Shown here piece after piece: positions 58,990 to 64,000 of a stretch of 64,000 nucleotides of DNA. The DNA is taken from the NCBI GenBank assembly GCA_031414595.1, contig JANNVX010000088.1, positions 64,001 to 128,000 of the forward strand. Reading direction: 5' to 3'. The position numbers and the translations under genes are program-made. How positions within the stretch are numbered: the first letter of the stretch is position 1; each line of letters opens with the position of its first letter. The notes beneath the pieces are model-generated. The model did not search any database. It was given only the letters and a program-made list of their open reading frames with translations, and was not told where the DNA came from. This DNA is from Deinococcales bacterium (GTDB lineage: Bacteria; Deinococcota; Deinococci; Deinococcales; JAAFIG01).

Positions 58990-59414
58990 ACCAAGCGCCA
59001 TTATGTGTGATTGACACAATGATTGTTGTTTCGGGAATGATTGGCAAACCAAATGGAAGCGACGCAAAGATTTTATCATTGATTGAAACAGGGCAACTTC
59101 GCTTGGTTTTATCTGATGCGGGTTTGCTCGAGTTTGTAAACGTGGTGTCACGGGATTTTGTAAAGCAGCACTTTCCATTACCCACTCGAGTTTTTCGGGC
59201 AGGATTGACATTAGGGATGATGGGAATGTTATACCGACCCAAGCGATTTGATTGGACAAGTTTATCTGACCCCAAAGACTGGTGGTTACTTGATTTGGCA
59301 TTTTCAGCCGAAGCAGATTATATTGTCACTCGAGATAAAAAAGTGCTGGTGGCGGCAAATTCATTGGGGTTTACGGCTGTGACCCCACCTCAGTTGTTAA
59401 AACTCTTAAAGTGA
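58986..59414 (+). CDS. PIN-domain putative toxin
   Basis: VIDTMIVVSG, DPKD, ADYIVTRDK, VTP. Confidence 0.85.
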   Translation: MNQAPLCVIDTMIVVSGMIGKPNGSDAKILSLIETGQLRLVLSDAGLLEFVNVVSRDFVKQHFPLPTRVFRAGLTLGMMGMLYRPKRFDWTSLSDPKDWWLLDLAFSAEADYIVTRDKKVLVAANSLGFTAVTPPQLLKLLK

Positions 59415-60850
59415 TTGACATTTAATTTTTCTAAGTGAGGCTTGAGGCGCTTAAGAAAATCCTGATAATCTCTTTTCATCGGTTGTGTCCAAAGCACTTC
59501 GGAGAGCGCACAAAGCCTAGGAAATGCCATTCGTTCAACATGGGCTGATTTTGGCATGTATTCCGTCCAGAGTTGGGCTTGACTGCCGAGTACACGCTGT
59601 CCCTCGAGTGCTGAAAGTTCTTTTGGAATCGGCTCATAACCATACACCTTCTCGAGCGTGGTGCAACCGCCAATTGCCAAAGGCTCGAGGTCTGGGGTCT
59701 CGGTCTGGTAATGGTCAAAATAAACATGAGTTCCGGGGGTCATGACCACATCATGACCAGCCTTCGCCGCAATAATCCCACCTTCTTCGCCACGCCAAGA
59801 CATCACGGTAGCGCCATCTACCAAGCCGCCCTCGAGAATTTCGTCCCAACCAATCATTTTGCGCCCTCGAGATTTTAAGAAGGTATTGATTCGCCCGACA
59901 AAGTAACTTTGCAGCGCTTCTTCATCCTCTAGATGGTTGGCTTTCATGATGCTTTGTGCGACAGCGCTTTCTTTCCATTCTTTTTTCGGGCATTCATCGC
60001 CGCCAATGTGAATGTATGGGCTGGGGAAAATCTCGAGAACTTCGGACAGCACATCCTCAAGAAAAGAAAACGTATATTCTTCTGGACTAAAAACACTCTC
60101 AAACACACCCCAATTTGGAGTCACTTCGGGTGCAATTTTGGTGTTGCCAAATTCTGGGTAAGCTGCCAAAGCTGCTGTGGCATGACCAGGCATTTCGATT
60201 TCTGGAACAATCGTGATGTGGCGGTCATTCGCATACGCCACAAGCTCACGCATCTGGGCTTGGCTGTAAAAACCGCCGTGCGAAATCCCATCAAAACTTT
60301 TGTCATCCGATAACTCATGTCCAATGCGGGTCTGTTTACGCCATGCACCAATTTCGGTTAAACGCGGATATTTTTGAATCTCGAGCCGCCAGCCTTGGTC
60401 GTCGGTCAGGTGCAAATGCAAGATATTCATTTTGTGAACGGCGAGTAAATCCAAATATTTTTTAAGCCACTCAAATGGCATAAAATGCCTCGAGACATCC
60501 AAATGCGAACCGCGCCAAGCAAAACGCGGCGCATCTTCAATCAGGGCGCAACTCGAGCCGCACTGCAAAAGCGTAATACAGCCATAAAAAAGCCCAGCCA
60601 AACCACTGGCAGAAATTCGTACCCGATTTGGGCGAATCTCGAGAATATAGGCTTCGGGGTTTTTCAAGTCTGCACTTAACTCGAGGTGAATACCGTTTGG
60701 TGCTGCCTCTGAGATTTGTACAGGTAAGCTCAACTTTTTACCCAACTTCTCAGCCTCTAAAATCGCTTCTGCGCTGCAAGTGATAACTTTGATGGTCTCG
60801 AGGTGAAATTCGCCTTCTTGTGGTACAACCCGATTTGGAATTGGAAGCAT
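59390..60850 (-). CDS. Beta-N-acetylhexosaminidase (GH20)
   Basis: DAPRFAWRGSHLDVSRHF, HLTDDQGWR, HIGGDE, WTEY. Confidence 0.95.
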   Translation of the reverse strand: MLPIPNRVVPQEGEFHLETIKVITCSAEAILEAEKLGKKLSLPVQISEAAPNGIHLELSADLKNPEAYILEIRPNRVRISASGLAGLFYGCITLLQCGSSCALIEDAPRFAWRGSHLDVSRHFMPFEWLKKYLDLLAVHKMNILHLHLTDDQGWRLEIQKYPRLTEIGAWRKQTRIGHELSDDKSFDGISHGGFYSQAQMRELVAYANDRHITIVPEIEMPGHATAALAAYPEFGNTKIAPEVTPNWGVFESVFSPEEYTFSFLEDVLSEVLEIFPSPYIHIGGDECPKKEWKESAVAQSIMKANHLEDEEALQSYFVGRINTFLKSRGRKMIGWDEILEGGLVDGATVMSWRGEEGGIIAAKAGHDVVMTPGTHVYFDHYQTETPDLEPLAIGGCTTLEKVYGYEPIPKELSALEGQRVLGSQAQLWTEYMPKSAHVERMAFPRLCALSEVLWTQPMKRDYQDFLKRLKPHLEKLNVNHFKSFNN

Positions 60851-60866
60851 GGGCTTAGAATACCGC

Positions 60867-61955
60867 ATGAATCAAGAGATGCAACTTGGACTCGAGGCTT
60901 GGAAACTTGAGCAGGATTTGCAGGCGGTCGAGTATTTCAGACGCAGCGTCGACCTTTTGCCAGCGCATTCGCTCGAGTGGGCGATTTCAATGCGCCTGTA
61001 TGGTTTAGCCCTGATTCGAGTCCAGCGCGAAGTCGAAGGGACGTTTGTGCTTGAACGCTCCGACCCGATTCTCGAGCAGTTTGGTATCGCACATTTCGAT
61101 GAACATAACCTGCCAAGCAGTAATCTTTGGGCTATGCAACCAAGTTTACTGGCGGTTTTTGCACATCCAGACGATGAAGCCTTCTCGAGCGGCGGAATTT
61201 TAAGCCATTATGCCAAACTTGGTGTACGGGTAGAACTTCTTTGTGCCACACGCGGCGAAGCTGGAAAAATCACCGACCCAAATTTAAGTATTTCCGACCT
61301 CGGCAAACACCGTGAACTCGAGTTGCGAAAGGCTTGCAGCATCATGGGCATTTCAGAACCGCGATTTATGGATTACCACGATTCGGGCAGGCTCGAGCGG
61401 CTGCAAAAAGACGACCCACTTGCCACCATCAACATTGATTACCTCGAGATGGAGCAGAAAATTATTGAGGTGATAAAAGAAACCAAGCCCCAAGTGATGC
61501 TGACCTTCGACCCGCACGGTGGCTACAATCACCCAGACCACCTCAGTGTTTACCGCGCTGCCAGTGCTGCGTTTTTCTCGAGCGGGTACTTGGCAGATGC
61601 ACCACAACGCTTATTTTTTACGGCTTTTCCACTCGAGACGATGCGCGAATGGATTAAGCAACCCAGTGGACCCATGACCCCCGGAATGACCCCAGAAGTT
61701 TTTGGGGTAAGTGCCGATACGATTGCCGTGAAATTTGATGGAAGTGCTTACACCGAGCAAAAACTGGCGGCGCTGGATGCCCACGGCTCTCAGACAGGGC
61801 AAAACTCGAGAATGGGGCAACTGCCGCCAGCGCAGAAAGCCACCATGCTCGAGCGAATCAAGACCGAAACTTTTGCGCTTGGTGGGACTCGAGGGGCAAT
61901 ACAGAATTACCCCTTAAAAGGCTTTTTTGATGGGTTGGGGCTTGGGGTAGATTGA
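60867..61955 (+). CDS. PIG-L/MshB-family deacetylase with in-frame N-terminal helical extension (deacetylase part starts at 61134)
   Basis: AHPDDE, ATRGEAG, GGYNHPDH, AHGSQ. Confidence 0.85.
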   Translation: MNQEMQLGLEAWKLEQDLQAVEYFRRSVDLLPAHSLEWAISMRLYGLALIRVQREVEGTFVLERSDPILEQFGIAHFDEHNLPSSNLWAMQPSLLAVFAHPDDEAFSSGGILSHYAKLGVRVELLCATRGEAGKITDPNLSISDLGKHRELELRKACSIMGISEPRFMDYHDSGRLERLQKDDPLATINIDYLEMEQKIIEVIKETKPQVMLTFDPHGGYNHPDHLSVYRAASAAFFSSGYLADAPQRLFFTAFPLETMREWIKQPSGPMTPGMTPEVFGVSADTIAVKFDGSAYTEQKLAALDAHGSQTGQNSRMGQLPPAQKATMLERIKTETFALGGTRGAIQNYPLKGFFDGLGLGVD

Positions 61956-61963
61956 AAATGAAA

Positions 61964-61986
61964 ATGCCCCCAATAGCTGGGGGTAT
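61964..61986. terminator. Hairpin between convergent genes
   Basis: ATGCCCCCA-atagc-TGGGGGTAT. Confidence 0.65.
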
Positions 61987-62009
61987 CAGGTTGGACACAA
62001 ATAGGTATT

Positions 62010-63740
62010 TTACGGGGCGATGTCGTTACCACTGGTTGTACCAGTTGCTCCCTGTGGACCAGGTTGAGTTCCATTACAAATAGTAACACTAGAAGGCACA
62101 ATACCACCCGTGCCGCCAAGACCGCCGACAACAAAATTACCACTTACTAAGCCACTCCCATTGACCGTCACTGTGCCAGCTTTGTACACCCCACCCACAG
62201 ATGCGCTTCCACCAGTCCCACCAACCTTTGCTGGAGAACAAAAACTCATAGTTCCAAAAGTAACTCGAGAAGCATCCTGACCCCTTAACCCATTGCCACC
62301 AGTAGCTGTATTTCCAGTAATGGTGCTGGCAACCAGTGTTAAATTTGCGTCTTTGATGTATATCCCACCGCCCAAAGCCGGAACTGCACCAGTTCCTGTT
62401 CCTTTGGTGCTGTTGGTTTTAATTTGACTGTACTTGACTGAAACTGCCCCGTTAGATTGAATTCCACCACCTGTGGCAACTACACTGGACTCAGAGTTAT
62501 TATTGCTAATAGTCATCCCAAATAGATTGAGTACACCATCGTTCAATATTCCAGCGCCACCACTGTTAGGAGTGAAACCTTGTTTGACAGTAAATCCGTA
62601 CAAGTTTAATGTATTTCCACTACTGATGTTCAAAACGCGCCGTGCATTGTTACCACTGATGCTGACACCTTCGCCAGCCAAAATGGTCAAATTTTTAGTA
62701 ATGCTCAGTTCGGCGCTTGTTAAGATGATATTTTGTGTAAAACAAAGCGTACTGCCTGTCGTGGCGTCGCTAATGGCTTGCCGCAAACTGCCAGCCCCAG
62801 TATCTGTGTTGCTGGTCACGGTTGTGGTGATGCTTGAGGCTTTCAATTCGCTGTCATAGACATTATCAACAGGGTCTTCTGCAAGGAGGACTCTTTCCTG
62901 AACACGATTTGAGCCACTTAATCCACAAGCTGCACCACCAAGTACGCTGACTCGAGCCGAGCCGTCGGTTGTTAATTGGGCTTGGGTTAAACCTGCGGTT
63001 GTCCCAGCAAATTGGTCTTCTGGGGTTTGCACCAATTCTTTTGTTCCAGAAGTATCGGTAAACAGCAAAAACGTCATACTGAAGTTATAAGTTTCCCCAA
63101 TCTCTTTGGGTATCTTTAAGGCGATGGTCACAAAACCACTTTCGCCGTTCTCAATTGTTCGGTCTACGGCATCGGCATTGGTTTGAGGGCTGCGTTGCCG
63201 CACCAAATACCCGTAGCCAAGCAGGTTTTCGCCACTTGCTAAGTTTGTTCCGGCCAAGGTTGTTCTCGAGGTGATTTCTGTGTCGGTGTAAACTTGTAAA
63301 TCGGCATAATCGGCACTAGGCTTAAATGGAGGTGTAATGGCGCAACTTGCACCCAAGCCATGGCGTGGTTGGGCAGCCGTAGCGTCTGGTGTGGCGACCC
63401 CGCCAAAATCGTTAATGCTTTTCAGGGCGGTTTTATTGGCGTTGCCAGTTTTTTTGTAGGCATGAAGTTGCAAATTTGTCAGGCTGCTTCCTGTGTTATT
63501 GACAACCGTAAAACGGCGGTAAATGTAGCGCAGATTGCTTGGGACATCATTACAAACAACTGTTAAACCGGGCGTAAAGATGATTCCAGTTTCGGTCTGA
63601 AAGGTGGCTGCTTGGGCGGCTAAGTTATTGCCAATCCCTAGTTCAATGGCTGTTACCTTAGTGTTGCTTGGGGCTGGACTGATTTGACAAGCTGCCAATA
63701 ATGCTGTGCCAAAAATACCGAGTAAGACTATTTTTTTCAT
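62010..63740 (-). CDS. Surface lipoprotein with Gly-rich beta-helix-like C-terminal domain
   Basis: Lipobox LAAC; GAGSLRQAI, GGAGI, GGGI repeats; GGAGG RBS. Confidence 0.8.
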   Translation of the reverse strand: MKKIVLLGIFGTALLAACQISPAPSNTKVTAIELGIGNNLAAQAATFQTETGIIFTPGLTVVCNDVPSNLRYIYRRFTVVNNTGSSLTNLQLHAYKKTGNANKTALKSINDFGGVATPDATAAQPRHGLGASCAITPPFKPSADYADLQVYTDTEITSRTTLAGTNLASGENLLGYGYLVRQRSPQTNADAVDRTIENGESGFVTIALKIPKEIGETYNFSMTFLLFTDTSGTKELVQTPEDQFAGTTAGLTQAQLTTDGSARVSVLGGAACGLSGSNRVQERVLLAEDPVDNVYDSELKASSITTTVTSNTDTGAGSLRQAISDATTGSTLCFTQNIILTSAELSITKNLTILAGEGVSISGNNARRVLNISSGNTLNLYGFTVKQGFTPNSGGAGILNDGVLNLFGMTISNNNSESSVVATGGGIQSNGAVSVKYSQIKTNSTKGTGTGAVPALGGGIYIKDANLTLVASTITGNTATGGNGLRGQDASRVTFGTMSFCSPAKVGGTGGSASVGGVYKAGTVTVNGSGLVSGNFVVGGLGGTGGIVPSSVTICNGTQPGPQGATGTTSGNDIAP

Positions 63741-64000
63741 GGTTGTTCCTCCGTGTCAAACCCAGTTTCCATAAAATCACCTAAGCTGCTTGCGCCAATT
63801 GGTAAGCTGACTCCCGTCACGAGCGACCACGTTTTGATTGTCTCGAGACGCGGTGTCTGGTACGGTTGCGGCGGATTGTACTTAACGACTTGATTCATTG
63901 ACTGCTCCTTTTTAGTACATCCCAGATTTTTGGATTGACTTTTGTACTTTTGACACTTTGCTTAGATAGGATTAAAGTCTGGTGTTTGACCTCGAGCATT

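Overview
Chromosomal window from a relatively low-GC bacterium whose gene content and signals point to Deinococcota (Deinococcus/Meiothermus-like; inferred). Bases 1-4004 are the right end of a small integrated phage-satellite/ICE-like element. It carries an AAA-family Rep/helicase gene with internal iterons, a primase-accessory-like gene, an excisionase and a winged-helix gene, and ends in a duplicated 3' half of tRNA-Thr(CGT). The rest is housekeeping and metabolic DNA: a copper-response-like cluster, nif3/yvcK/rapZ, purine uptake and catabolism, flotillin, tdk, murA, proS, nspC, recX, amidase, ribF and a GH20 hexosaminidase. It is interrupted by many small accessory inserts: at least 6 type II TA pairs (three as a tandem YafQ-like array splitting an ATPase-vWA operon), orphan antitoxins, a putative ADP-ribosyltransferase plus partner, REP/MITE elements and heptamer repeats. 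The most striking window-wide signal is the palindrome CTCGAG, repeated about 4-12 times per kb in all reading frames against about 0.2 per kb expected. This resembles the cyanobacterial HIP1 phenomenon. Leaderless promoters are pervasive.
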